The position numbers and the translations under genes were made by a program. From Nemertoderma westbladi (Eukaryota > Animalia > Xenacoelomorpha): a DNA stretch of 61,028 bases. The DNA is taken from NCBI GenBank assembly GCA_032718475.1, contig JAUCBJ010006294.1, positions 1-61,028 on the forward strand, given 5' to 3'. Numbering within the stretch: the first letter of the stretch is position 1; every line of letters begins with the position of its first letter. Under the pieces are notes generated by a model. That model was not told the origin of the DNA, ran no database searches, and worked only from the letters and a program-made list of their open reading frames with translations. Positions 38,001-51,068 of this stretch are shown here, in pieces.

Positions 38001-41000
38001 TCTCTAAACTTACTTCGTTGGGTATATTTAGTGGCTCCGGTATGTGGCGTTCTCTAAACTTACTTCGTTGGGTATATTTAGTGGCTCCGGTATGTGGCGT
38101 TCTCTAAACTTACTTCGTTGGGTATATTTAGTGGCTCCGGTATGTGGCGTTCTCTAAACTTACTTCGTTGGGTATATTTAGTGGCTCCGGTATGTGGCGT
38201 TCTCTAAACTTACTTCGTTGGGTATATTTAGTGGCTCCGGTATGTGGCTTTCTCTAAACTTACTTCGTTGGGTATATTTAGTGGCTCCGGTATGTGGCGT
38301 TCTCTAAACTTACTTCGTTGGGTATATTTAGTGGCTCCGGTATGTAGCGTTCTCTAAACTTACTTCGTTGGGTATATTTAGTGGCTCCGGTATGTGGCGT
38401 TCTCTAAACTTACTTCGTTGGGTATATTTAGTGGCTCCGGTATGTGGCGTTCTCTAATCTTACTTCGTTGGGTATATTTAGTGGCTCCGGTATGTGGCGT
38501 TCTCTAACTTACTTCGTTGGGTATATTTAGTGGCTCCGGTATGTGGCGTTCTCTAAACTTACTTCGTTGGGTATATTTAGTGGCTCCGGTATGTGGCGTT
38601 CTCTAAACTTACTTCGTTGGGTATATTTAGTGGCTCCGGTATGTGGCGTTCTCTAACTTACTTCGTTGGGTATATTTAGTGGCTCCGGTATGTGGCGTTC
38701 TCTAAACTTACTTCGTTGGGTATATTTAGTGGCTCCGGTATGTGGCGTTCTCTAAACTTACTTCGTTGGGTATATTTAGTGGCTCCGGTATGTGGCGTTC
38801 TCTAAACTTACTTCGTTGGGTATATTTAGTGGCTCCGGTATGTGGCGTTCTCTAACTTACTTCGTTGGGTATATTTAGAAGCTCCGGTATGTGGCGTTCT
38901 CTAAACTTACTTCGTTGGGTATATTTAGTGGCTCCGGTATGTGGCGTTCTCTAACTTACTTCGTTGGGTATATTTAGTGGCTCCGGTATGTGGCGTTCTC
39001 TAAACTTACTTCGTTGGGTATATTTAGTGGCTCCGGTATGTGGCGTTCTCTAACTTACTTCGTTGGGTATATTTAGTGGCTCCGGTATGTGGCGTTCTCT
39101 AAACTTACTTCGTTGGGTATATTTAGTGGCTCCGGTATGTGGCGTTCTCTAAACTTACTTCGTTGGGTATATTTAGTGGCTCCGGTATGTGGCGTTCTCT
39201 AAACTTACTTCGTTGGGTATATTTAGTGGCTCCGGTATGTGGCGTTCTCTAAACTTACTTCGTTGGGTATATTTAGTGGCTCCGGTATGTGGCGTTCTCT
39301 AAACTTACTTCGTTGGGTATATTTAGTGGCTCCGGTATGTGGCGTTCTCTAACTTACTTCGTTGGGTATATTTAGAAGCTCCGGTATGTAGCGTTCTCTA
39401 AACTTACTTCGTTGGGTATATTTAGTGGCTCCGGTATGTGGCGTTCTCTAAACTTACTTCGTTGGGTATATTTAGTGGCTCCGGTATGTGGCGTTCTCTA
39501 ACTTACTTCGTTGGGTATATTTAGAAGCTCCGGTATGTAGCGTTCTCTAAACTTACTTCGTTGGGTATATTTAGTGGCTCCGGTATGTGGCGTTCTCTAA
39601 CTTACTTCGTTGGGTATATTTAGAAGCTCCGGTATGTAGCGTTCTCTAAACTTACTTCGTTGGGTATATTTAGTGGCTCCGGTATGTGGCGTTCTCTAAA
39701 CTTACTTCGTTGGGTATATTTAGTGGCTCCGGTATGTGGCGTTCTCTCAACTTACTTCGTTGGGTATATTTAGTGGCTCCGGTATGTGGCGTTCTCTAAA
39801 CTTACTTCGTTGGGTATATTTAGTGGCTCCGGTATGTGGCGTTCTCTAAACTTACTTCGTTGGGTATATTTAGTGGCTCCGGTATGTGGCGTTCTCTAAC
39901 TTACTTCGTTGGGTATATTTAGTGGCTCCGGTATGTGGCGTTCTCTAAACTTACTTCGTTGGGTATATTTAGTGGCTCCGGTATGTGGCGTTCTCTAAAC
40001 TTACTTCGTTGGGTATATTTAGTGGCTCCGGTATGTGGCGTTCTCTAAACTTACTTCGTTGGGTATATTTAGTGGCTCCGGTATGTGGCGTTCTCTAAAC
40101 TTACTTCGTTGGGTATATTTAGTGGCTCCGGTATGTGGCGTTCTCTAAACTTACTTCGTTGGGTATATTTAGTGGCTCCGGTATGTGGCGTTCTCTAAAC
40201 TTACTTCGTTGGGTATATTTAGTGGCTCCGGTATGTAGCGTTCTCTAAACTTACTTCGTTGGGTATATTTAGTGGCTCCGGTATGTGGCGTTCTCTAAAC
40301 TTACTTCGTTGGGTATATTTAGTGGCTCCGGTATGTGGCGTTCTCTAATCTTACTTCGTTGGGTATATTTAGTGGCTCCGGTATGTGGCGTTCTCTAACT
40401 TACTTCGTTGGGTATATTTAGTGGCTCCGGTATGTGGCGTTCTCTAAACTTACTTCGTTGGGTATATTTAGTGGCTCCGGTATGTGGCGTTCTCTAAACT
40501 TACTTCGTTGGGTATATTTAGTGGCTCCGGTATGTGGCGTTCTCTAACTTACTTCGTTGGGTATATTTAGTGGCTCCGGTATGTGGCGTTCTCTAAACTT
40601 ACTTCGTTGGGTATATTTAGTGGCTCCGGTATGTGGCGTTCTCTAAACTTACTTCGTTGGGTATATTTAGTGGCTCCGGTATGTGGCGTTCTCTAAACTT
40701 ACTTCGTTGGGTATATTTAGTGGCTCCGGTATGTGGCGTTCTCTAACTTACTTCGTTGGGTATATTTAGAGGCTCCGGTATGTGGCGTTCTCTAAACTTA
40801 CTTCGTTGGGTATATTTAGTGGCTCCGGTATGTGGCGTTCTCTAACTTACTTCGTTGGGTATATTTAGTGGCTCCGGTATGTGGCGTTCTCTAAACTTAC
40901 TTCGTTGGGTATATTTAGTGGCTCCGGTATGTGGCGTTCTCTAACTTACTTCGTTGGGTATATTTAGTGGCTCCGGTATGTGGCGTTCTCTAAACTTACT

Positions 41001-44000
41001 TCGTTGGGTATATTTAGTGGCTCCGGTATGTGGCGTTCTCTAAACTTACTTCGTTGGGTATATTTAGTGGCTCCGGTATGTGGCGTTCTCTAAACTTACT
41101 TCGTTGGGTATATTTAGTGGCTCCGGTATGTGGCGTTCTCTAAACTTACTTCGTTGGGTATATTTAGTGGCTCCGGTATGTGGCGTTCTCTAAACTTACT
41201 TCGTTGGGTATATTTAGTGGCTCCGGTATGTGGCGTTCTCTAACTTACTTCGTTGGGTATATTTAGAAGCTCCGGTATGTAGCGTTCTCTAAACTTACTT
41301 CGTTGGGTATATTTAGTGGCTCCGGTATGTGGCGTTCTCTAAACTTACTTCGTTGGGTATATTTAGTGGCTCCGGTATGTGGCGTTCTCTAACTTACTTC
41401 GTTGGGTATATTTAGAAGCTCCGGTATGTAGCGTTCTCTAAACTTACTTCGTTGGGTATATTTAGTGGCTCCGGTATGTGGCGTTCTCTAACTTACTTCG
41501 TTGGGTATATTTAGAAGCTCCGGTATGTAGCGTTCTCTAAACTTACTTCGTTGGGTATATTTAGTGGCTCCGGTATGTGGCGTTCTCTAAACTTACTTCG
41601 TTGGGTATATTTAGTGGCTCCGGTATGTGGCGTTCTCTAAACTTACTTCGTTGGGTATATTTAGTGGCTCCGGTATGTGGCGTTCTCTAAACTTACTTCG
41701 TTGGGTATATTTAGTGGCTCCGGTATGTGGCGTTCTCTAAACTTACTTCGTTGGGTATATTTAGTGGCTCCGGTATGTGGCGTTCTCTAACTTACTTCGT
41801 TGGGTATATTTAGTGGCTCCGGTATGTGGCGTTCTCTAAACTTACTTCGTTGGGTATATTTAGTGGCTCCGGTATGTGGCGTTCTCTAAACTTACTTCGT
41901 TGGGTATATTTAGTGGCTCCGGTATGTGGCGTTCTCTAAACTTACTTCGTTGGGTATATTTAGTGGCTCCGGTATGTGGCGTTCTCTAAACTTACTTCGT
42001 TGGGTATATTTAGTGGCTCCGGTATGTGGCGTTCTCTAAACTTACTTCGTTGGGTATATTTAGTGGCTCCGGTATGTGGCGTTCTCTAAACTTACTTCGT
42101 TGGGTATATTTAGTGGCTCCGGTATGTGGCGTTCTCTAAACTTACTTCGTTAGGTATATTTAGTGGCTCCGGTATGTGGCGTTCTCTAAACTTACTTCGT
42201 TGGGTATATTTAGTGGCTCCGGTATGTGGCGTTCTCTAAACTTACTTCGTTGGGTATATTTAGTGGCTCCGGTATGTGGCGTTCTCTAACTTACTTCGTT
42301 GGGTATATTTAGTGGCTCCGGTATGTGGCGTTCTCTAAACTTAATTCGGTGTGTATATTTAGTGGCTCCGGTATGTGGCGTTCTCTAAACTTACTTCGTT
42401 GGGTATATTTAGTGGCTCCGGTATGTGGCGTTCTCTAAACTTACTTCATTGGGTATATTTAGTGGCTCCGGTATGTGGCGTTCTCTAAACTTACTTCGTT
42501 GGGTATATTTAGTGGCTCCGGTATGTGGCGTTCTCTAAACTTACTTCGTTGGGTATATTTAGTGGCTCCGGTATGTGGCGTTCTCTAAACTTACTTCGTT
42601 AGGTATATTTCGTGGCTCCGGTATGTGGCGCTCTCTAAACTTACTTCGTTGGGTATATTTAGTGGCTCCGGTATGTGGCGTTCTCTAAACTTACTTCGTT
42701 GGGTATATTTAGTGGCTCCGGTATGTGGCGTTCTCTAAACTTACTTCATTGGGTATATTTAGTGGCTCCGGTATGTGGCTTTCTCTAAACTTACTTCATT
42801 GGGTATATTTAGTGGCTCCGGTATGTGGCGTTCTCTAAACTTACTTCGTTGGGTATATTTAGTGGCTCCGGTATGTGGCGTTCTCTAAACTTACTTCGTT
42901 GGGTATATTTAGTGGCTCCGGTATGTGGCGTTCTCTAAACTTACTTCGTTGGGTATATTTAGTGGCTCCGGTATGTGGCGTTCTCTAAACTTACTTCGAT
43001 GGGTATATTTAGTGGCTCCGGTATGTGGCGTACTCTAAACTTACTTCGTTGGGTATATTTAGTGGCCCCGGTATGTGACGTTCTCTAAACTTACTTCGTT
43101 AGGTATATTTCGTGGCTCCGGTATGTGGCGTTCTCTAAACTTACTTCGATGGGTATATTTAGTGGCTCCGGTATGTGGCGTACTCTAAACTTACTTCGTT
43201 GGGTATATCTAGTGGCTCCGGTATGTGGCGTTCTCTAAACTTACTTCGTTGGGTATATTTAGTGGCTCCGGTATGTGGCGTTCTCTAAACTTACTTCGTT
43301 GGGTATATTTAGTGGCTCCGGTATGTGGCGTTCTCTAAACTTACTTCGTTGGGTATATTTAGTGGCTCCGGTATGTGGCGTACTCTAAACTTACTTCGTT
43401 GGGTATATCTAGTGGCTCCGGTATGTGGCGTACTCTAAACTTACTTCGTTGGGTATATCTAGTGGCTCCGGTATGTGGCGTACTCTAAACTTACTTCGTT
43501 GGGTATATCTAGTGGCTCCGGTATGTGGCGTTCTCTAAACTTACTTCGTTGGGTATATTTAGTGGCTCCGGTATGTGGCGTTCTCTAAACTTACTTCGTT
43601 AGGTATATTTCGTGGCTCCGGTATGTGGCGTTCTCTAAACTTACTTCGATGGGTATATTTAGTGGCTCCGGTATGTGGCGTACTCTAAACTTACTTCGTT
43701 GGGTATATCTAGTGGCTCCGGTATGTGGCGTTCTCTAAACTTACTTCGTTGGGTATATTTAGTGGCCCCGGTATGTGACGTTCTCTAAACTTACTTCGTT
43801 AGGTATATTTCGTGGCTCCGGTATGTGGCGTTCTCTAAACTTACTTCGTTGGGTATATTTAGTGGCTCCGGTATGTGGCGTTCTCTAAACTTACTCCGTT
43901 GGTATATTTAGTGGCTCCGGTATGTGGTGTTCTCTAAACTTACTTCGTTGGGTATATTTAGTGGCTCCGGTATGTGGTGTTCTCTAAACTTACTTCGTTG

Positions 44001-44533
44001 GGTATATTTAGTGGCTCGGTATGTGGCGTTCTCTAAACTTACTTCGTTGGGTATATTTAGTGGCTCCGGTATGTGGCGTTCTCTAAACTTACTTCGTTGG
44101 GTATATTTAGTGGCTCCGGTATGTGGCGTTCTCTAAACTTACTTCGTTGGGTATATTTAGTGGCTCCGGTATGTGGTGTTCTCTAAACTTACTTCGTTGG
44201 GTATATTTAGTGGCTCCGGTATGTGGTGTTCTCTAAACTTACTTCGTTGGGTATATTTAGTGGCTCGGTATGTGGCGTTCTCTAAACTTACTTCATTGGG
44301 TATATTTAGTGGCTCCGGTATGTGGCGTTCTCTCAACTTACTTCGTTGGGTATATTTAGTGGCTCCGGTATGTGGCGTTCTCTCAACTTACTTCGTTGGG
44401 TATATTTAGTGGCTCCGGTATGTGGCGTTCTCTAAACTTACTTCGTTGGGTATATTTAGTGGCTCCGGTATGTGGCGTTCTCTAAACTTACTTCGTTGGG
44501 TATATTTAGTGGCTCCGGTATGTGGCGTTCTCT
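32021..44533 (-). repeat. Tandem array, 50-bp unit x ~250 (12.5 kb): 42 nt of exon + GTAAGTTT
   Basis: Minus-strand unit AGAGAACGCCACATACCGGAGCCACTAAATATACCCAACGAA|GTAAGTTT. The first unit is the 3' end of the coding exon. Confidence 0.98.
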
Positions 44534-44698
44534 CCGACCAATCGGTTTCGTTTGAGGATCGAACCGCAGGAAGACGTCGTCCTCGCCGTCTTCGTCTACA
44601 GTCTCAACGTCAACCTCTCCGACCGAGGAGTTCCGACTGCTCCTATTAGGATATCCTGTCCGGATTCCCGTGTCAATGACCAGAGTGGCGGGAGTATC
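44492..44698 (-). CDS. TRERF1: TRERF1-like exon ending in the RHxPEPLxIP motif
   Basis: ttttctccacag|GAT ... GAA|GTAAGT, 207 nt, phase 0-0. RRERHIPEPLNIPNE resembles TRERF1 RHRPEPLFIP. Confidence 0.88.
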
Positions 44699-44987
44699 CT
44701 GTGGAGAAAACGAGAGAAACAGATTAGTGAACACTTGGTTACACCTGAATAGTCTGGATAATAACTCCATCTGCGATCCTGATACACATCGATTGGACGC
44801 ATATTCCATCCGGGCCCTCTATCCTCGTCCAGGATCCGGGCACACTGTCCGGGAACCGTGCCACTGTCCGGGAACTGGGCACGGCACATCGTCCTGACAT
44901 TTACTCCACCCGGGCAGAGCCACGCATTTCCGTATGTTTGTAACACATATATATGTGTGAAATCAGCTTAGATCAACAATAACTTAC

Positions 44988-45377
44988 AGGCAGACAATCG
45001 CCGGAACTTGAGGAGTCGGGAGTGATATCCTTTTCCTGTACCGCGTCGCTAAACTGCACCTTGCGACTGGTAGTAGACGCGCTAGTCTCCCCGTTCAACT
45101 GCAACGGCGGAGGCGGCTGAACGCGACTAGCCAATGAGGAGGGCTTATCGTCTTGCTGTAGCTCCACCTGGTTGAGATCCAACTCTAGCATGGAGTTGGC
45201 CTGAAGTATAGAGTTGTTGGAGCAGCCGTCAGTGAACTTAGGTACCGGGGGGAACCGGAATACAGTACCGGGAGCGGGGGCTGAGGGTTTGGATGACTTG
45301 GCTGGGGGAGTCGTTGGTTGCTTAGAGTTACGGTACCCCGCACCGGTAGGGAACTTAAAGACGTTGGCGTGCTCAAC
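44988..45377 (-). CDS. TRERF1: TRERF1-like exon (low-complexity region)
   Basis: cccgcag|GTT ... CCT|GTAAGT, 390 nt open frame, phase 0-0 (VEHANVFKF...SSSGDCLP). Confidence 0.8.
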
Positions 45378-45503
45378 CTGCGGGTGAAGTTGTGAAAATA
45401 AACAAAGTTGCTAAATATTGAAGTAGACTGTACTATAACTGGTTGATTACCCCTAGAAGTGACGCAAGTGTGTTTATAAAATTTTTTGTTACAAAATATA
45501 AAT

Positions 45504-47517
45504 ACTCATTAATATAGGGTGGACCTATTACTACATGGTGGACTCATTACTGCATGGTGGACCCATTACTGCATGGCGGACATATTACTGCATGGTGGAC
45601 TCATTACTGCATGGCGGACCTATTACTGCAGGGTGGACTCATTACTGAATAGTGGACCCATTACTGAATGGTGGACTCATTACTGAATAGTGGACCCATT
45701 ACTGCATGGTGGACACATTACTGCATGGTGGACTCATTACTGCATGGTGGGCCCATTACTGCATGGTGGAACCATTACTGCATGGTGGACTCATTACTGA
45801 ATAGTGGACCCATTACTGCATGGTTGACCCATTACTGCATGGTGCACCCATTACTGCATGGCGGACCTATTACTACATGGTGGACTCATTACTGAATAGT
45901 GGACCCATTACTGCATGGTGGACACATTACTGCATGATAGACTCATTACTGCATGGTGGGCCCATTACTGCATGGTGGACCCATTACTGCATGGCGGACC
46001 AACTACTGCATGGTGGACTCATTACTGAATAGTGGACCCATTACTGCATGGTGGACACATTACTGCATGATAGACTCATTACTGCATGGTGGGCCCATTA
46101 CTGCATGGTGGACCCATTACTGCATGGCGGACCAACTACTGCATGATGAACTCATTACTGCATGGTGGACTCATTATTGTGGACCCATTACTGCATGGTA
46201 GACACATTACTGCATGATGGATTCATTACTGCATGGTGGGCCCATTACTGCATGGTGGACCCATTACTGCATGGCGGACCTATTACTGCATGGTGGACCC
46301 ATTACTGCATGGTGGACTCGTTACTGAATAGTGGACCCATTACTGCATGGTGGACCCATTATTGCATGGCGGACTCATTACTGAATAGTGGACCCATTAC
46401 TGAATGGTGGACTCATTACTGAATAGTGGACACATTACTGCATGGTGGACCCATTACTGCATGGTGGACCCATTGCTGCATGGTGGACTCATTATTATGG
46501 ACCCATTACTGCATGGTGGACACATTACTGCATGATGGACACATTACTACATGGTGGACTCATTATTGTGGACCCATTACTGCATGGTGGACACATTACT
46601 GCATGATGGACTCATTACTGCATGGTGGGCCCATTACTGCATGGTGGACCCATTACTGCATGGCGGACTCATTACTGCATGGTGGACTCATTACTGCATG
46701 GTGGACCCATTACTGCATGCTGGACTCATTAATATATGGTGGACTCATTACTGCATGGAGGATTCATTACTGCATGGCGGACTCATTACTATATGGTGGA
46801 CCCATTACTGCATGGTGGACCCATTACTGCATGGCGGACCTATTACTGCATGGTGGACTCATTACTGCATGGTGGACTCATTATTGTGGACCCATTACTG
46901 CATGGTGGACACATTACTGCATGATGGACTCATTCCTGAATGGTGGGCCCATTACTGCATGGTGGACTCATTACTGCATGGCGGACCTATTACTGCATGG
47001 TGGACTCATTACTGCATGGTGGATACATTATTGCATGGTGGACTCATCACTATATTGTGGACCCATTACTACATGGCGGACTCACTACTGCATGGCGGAC
47101 TCATTACTGCATGGTGGATACATTACTGCATGGCGGACTCATTACTGCATGGTGGATACATTACTGCATGGTGGACTCATTATTATATGGTGGACCCATT
47201 ACTGCATGGTGGACCCATTACTGCATGGTGGATTCATTACTATAGGGTGGACCCATCACAGCATGGTGGACCCATTGCTGCATGATGGACCCATTACTGC
47301 ATGGTGGACCCATTACTGCATGGTGGACCCGTTATTGCATGAAGGACTCATTACTGCATGGCGGACCCATTACTGCAAGGCGGACTCATTACTATATGGT
47401 GGACTCATTACTGCATGGCGGACCCATTACTGCAAGGCGGACTCATTACTATATGGTGGACTCATTACTATATGGTGGACTCATTACTGCATGGCGGACT
47501 CATTATTGCATGGTGGA
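45504..47517. repeat. Intronic minisatellite, 19-bp unit x ~105, degenerate
   Basis: Unit ggacccattactgcatggt; the 19-aa periodicity of the spurious ORFs agrees. Confidence 0.95.
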
Positions 47518-48075
47518 AAAAGTATCAGGATAGCTCGGCCCCCTTCCCTCTATCCTATGATACGTCATGCAACATGTAATTACTTTATATTAAACATAGA
47601 AATCATGAAATATTTCCGTGAAATATATTATTCTTCTCCATTACGTATACAGCAGTAGAGCTCAGTTTAGGTGATAGGCCAAGGCATGAGCGCCTACTTT
47701 ACTTACCTACCGTTGCCTGTAATCTACAATGGTGTGGTAGAGTCACAATAGAGGTTGACTGGCTGGGAAGTGGGCACCAAACTGAAAGTTTTTAGATAGG
47801 GTAATCCACTTGATATTCTTTGACTAAACAAGTTTGTTGTCACATTTTTCGAACAATCCCCCCCCCCCCCCCCCCCCCCTTATGCCAGAAACTGTCACGA
47901 GAAGTTGCACAAGGACACCCACCCCCTTCCTTGCGTTAATTATTAATTTTAAGAATGGTCCCAAATCTATGAATACGAGTTTTGGTTATTATATAGACAA
48001 AAATCTATAGCAGTTAAATACTGAATAGTTCGTTATCAATATACAGCCAAGATATTTAGATGTAGTAAATCCAAC

Positions 48076-49122
48076 CTTTAAATTAGCCAATAGAGTTGGA
48101 CTTCTGACGTGGTCGGAATGTGAGTAAACTAGGGATCCGTCGTCAAGAATATTCGTCTCATTAAACTCCTCGTAGTCTGATATCGGAGCGGGAATCGTCG
48201 TTCTACCTGTGTGCGAGGCTCGATAGGGCAGCTGATTGGTTGAGGGTTGGGAGGTTCTGTCGCCGAAAGGGAGCTGATTGGTTGAGGGCTGGGAGGTTCT
48301 GACACTGAAAGGTAGCTGATTGGTTGATGGCAGGGAGGTTCTTTCACTGAAAGATAGCTGATTAGTTGATGGCTGTGAGGTTATGTCTCCGAAAGGTAGC
48401 TGATTGGTTGAGGGCTGGGAGGTTCTGACACTGAAAGGTAGATGATTGGTTGAAGGCTGGGAGGTTCTGACACTGAAAGGTAGCTGATTGGTTGATGGAT
48501 GGGATTCTCTGTCACTGAAAGGTAGCTGATTGGTTGATGGCAGGGAGGTTCTGTCACTGAAAGATAGCTGATTAGTTGATGGCTGTGAGGTTATGTCTCC
48601 GAAAGGTAGCTGATTGGTTGAGGGCTGAGAAGTTATGTCACCGAAAGGTAGCTGATTGGTTGAGGGCTGGGAGGATCGGTCACTGAAAGGTAGCTGTTTG
48701 GTTGAAGGCTGGGAGATTCTGTCACTGAAAGGTAGATGATTGGTTGAAGGCTGGGAGGATCTGTCACTGAAAGGTAGCTGATTGGTTGAGGGCTGGTAGA
48801 TTCTGTCGGGGAAGACAGTTAATGTGCCATCGGGGCGAGGACCAGCTGCTGGGCGACTTACATCCCCTGCCCGTTGAATTGAGTCATCCATTAGCAGCGC
48901 GGTGTGGTTGTGGTGAGGCACTCGGGGACCGGTTGGATTGGGGCGGATCTGGGACGACCCGACTTGCAGTTGGTCGGCTACCAAGTGGGTTGTTGTCATT
49001 AACAGCGAGTCTGCTGATGGCGGAAAGGGCCACGGAGTAGGCTGCTTTGATAGGGGGACAGAAGGGGAAACAGGTGTTACTGGGCTGGTCTGAATCACAC
49101 CCAGTTCACAGTGTGACGTCAC
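48076..49122 (-). CDS. TRERF1: TRERF1-like large exon (349 codons) containing a 14-aa tandem repeat
   Basis: ttgcctag|GTG ... AAG|GTTGG, 1047 nt open frame, phase 0-0. Confidence 0.78.
48229..48810 (-). repeat. Coding tandem repeat, 42 bp / 14 aa (SQPSTNQLPFSDRT) x ~13-14
   Basis: Visible in the translation of ORF 47989..49122; the frame is preserved throughout. Confidence 0.9.
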
Positions 49123-51068
49123 CTAGGCAAACAGGAACATAGATAAAAAGACGTACAAACAAACCTGATAGATTCATGTTAGGTGAACGGTTGCGAAGTA
49201 TTTTCGATACATATACATGTATCGAATGTGGTGTTGGAAAAATTATCATAAGGAAAAAATTGTTTTCACTTTCAGGCATTTCGAACTCTAGCGGCTGACT
49301 GGAGAACTGCAAATTTTCCCCACACAAATATTTTTCTTAGTTTGTTTAGTTTTCATTGAAGTTATTAACGTTTTAAAATTATTTTGAACCAAGTAAAATA
49401 CGATTTCTCAAATCCTATGCGCCTTTCGTCTTTCAAACTTAATAAGACGCTCTTTATAAATTCCATGGATATGTAAAATAAATTAATAAATAAAATTAGT
49501 AAAATATAGTACAATTAAATTTTAATTTATTTTAAATACTAAGATATGTTAATGTAAGGAATCGAGATATCTCAGGCTGTGGCTTGAAATAGCGCCACAG
49601 TGTTAATAACGTGGTGGTTCGAGGAACAGGATAAATTATAACTAAATTTTTTAAATCTTTTTTTCATTTTGCGTGATTGATTAATTCCTTTTTGTATACT
49701 AGAACGCCATCAAGATGGCTTTAAACGAACCTGTCTTACACAGACTCCAAGAAACAGATGGGATTGGAAGATGCAAACCAAGAATGACTTGCATCAACCA
49801 AAAAACTGCCTCCCATCTAATGTAATACACAGTCGCTTACTAGACAAACAAATCATAATCACAATTACTACGATGATGTGTGAAATGTTATCCATATCCA
49901 CAACCTGAGAAACGGCCCAAAAGAGCAGTTTATTCTGCGGAGGGGTCTTTTCTGTATTAGATAAATAAAATAAAGAACACTATAATTACAGTATTTATAC
50001 CTGATACATTCTCAGTTAGCCTAATAAAAACATCGGAGCAACCAATATAATGTACATGTACAAGCCTCCTATTAAAGTTTGTGAAATGTTCCCTTAAGTC
50101 TACCCAACAGCCGTTGGTACCCGGCTGGCAGCCACCCTGGTTCAGTTTTATGGTTTTGTTAGTTTAATCGACAGCTGTTGTAAACGTCCCAGATATACAA
50201 AACCTACTAAGCCTTTGCATTACAATTGAGCTTAGCCTAAGTTGATGACAGTATTATAACGATGACAATAGGCCCTATAGATACATACGATATATAAATG
50301 ATGTACTGCTTGACATTACACTAACTGGCTGAATAGAGATAGAACTATAATAATACGTTTGGCATTCTGTCAGATTTCAGTAGTAAGTAACCTCATAATA
50401 ATTGCTAAATATCAATCACCTGAAAAACATTTCAAGCAAGGGAGTTGTGGGTATTTAATTTCGCGTTCAATAATGTTGAAAATATGCAAATATTTCGAAT
50501 ATCGCACTTCGAATCGTTCCCAACTTTTTTATTCAACAACTAGACAACAATTGATAAATACTTGCGTTTACAATTTTACAATGCATGCAAGTGGTTTCAA
50601 GCCATTTGGTGAACATACATAGTGAGTGATATAGTGACATATATAGTGAGTGATATAGGTAAATATATCCATCGTGTTTTTGCCGGCCTCAGCTTTAGAC
50701 AAAAACTACCCAGTCTAAAGACAGGTTCGTTATAATTTTAAAATATTGAAAAAATACATATCCCAGTATTACAAGAAATTTGGATGATAAAAACCAGAAA
50801 TATTTGGAACCAACTCCCAACCAAAGCAGTCGGTTTCGGTAGGTAGATTTGCATAATCCAATAGTCTGACAGTTTATCGTAGACCCTATTACTACAGCAC
50901 AGCTGCAACCGTGCAACGCCGTTGTACTGGTTTTGCCAGCTGCAACGCTGTTGTACTGGTTTTGCAGTAGCGTAATCCAGAATTTTATACAGTCAGACAG
51001 TTTAGTTATACTGTTTGTTTATACTGTTATATATGTATATGCTGCAGACTGGCAAAGATTGAACGAAC

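Noticed and set aside
5977-44533. Arrays as CRISPR loci
   Set aside because: Units are head-to-tail with no unique spacers, there are no cas genes, and the context is eukaryotic.
44745-44895. Extra exon between 44988 and 44698
   Set aside because: A donor-like CAG|GTGTAA exists, but I found no convincing acceptor giving an open phase 0-0 exon; the flanking exons join directly in frame.
45504-47517. 19-bp array as another splice-site-anchored repeat
   Set aside because: It ends ~125 nt from the acceptor and ~560 nt from the donor, so not all arrays in the window follow the pattern.
45668-47658. WWTHYC-repeat ORFs (up to 410 aa)
   Set aside because: Translations of a 19-bp minisatellite open in several frames, antisense within an intron.
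49570-49635. tRNA or tRNA-derived SINE (hairpin plus GGTTCGA)
   Set aside because: No cloverleaf or convincing A-box could be formed.
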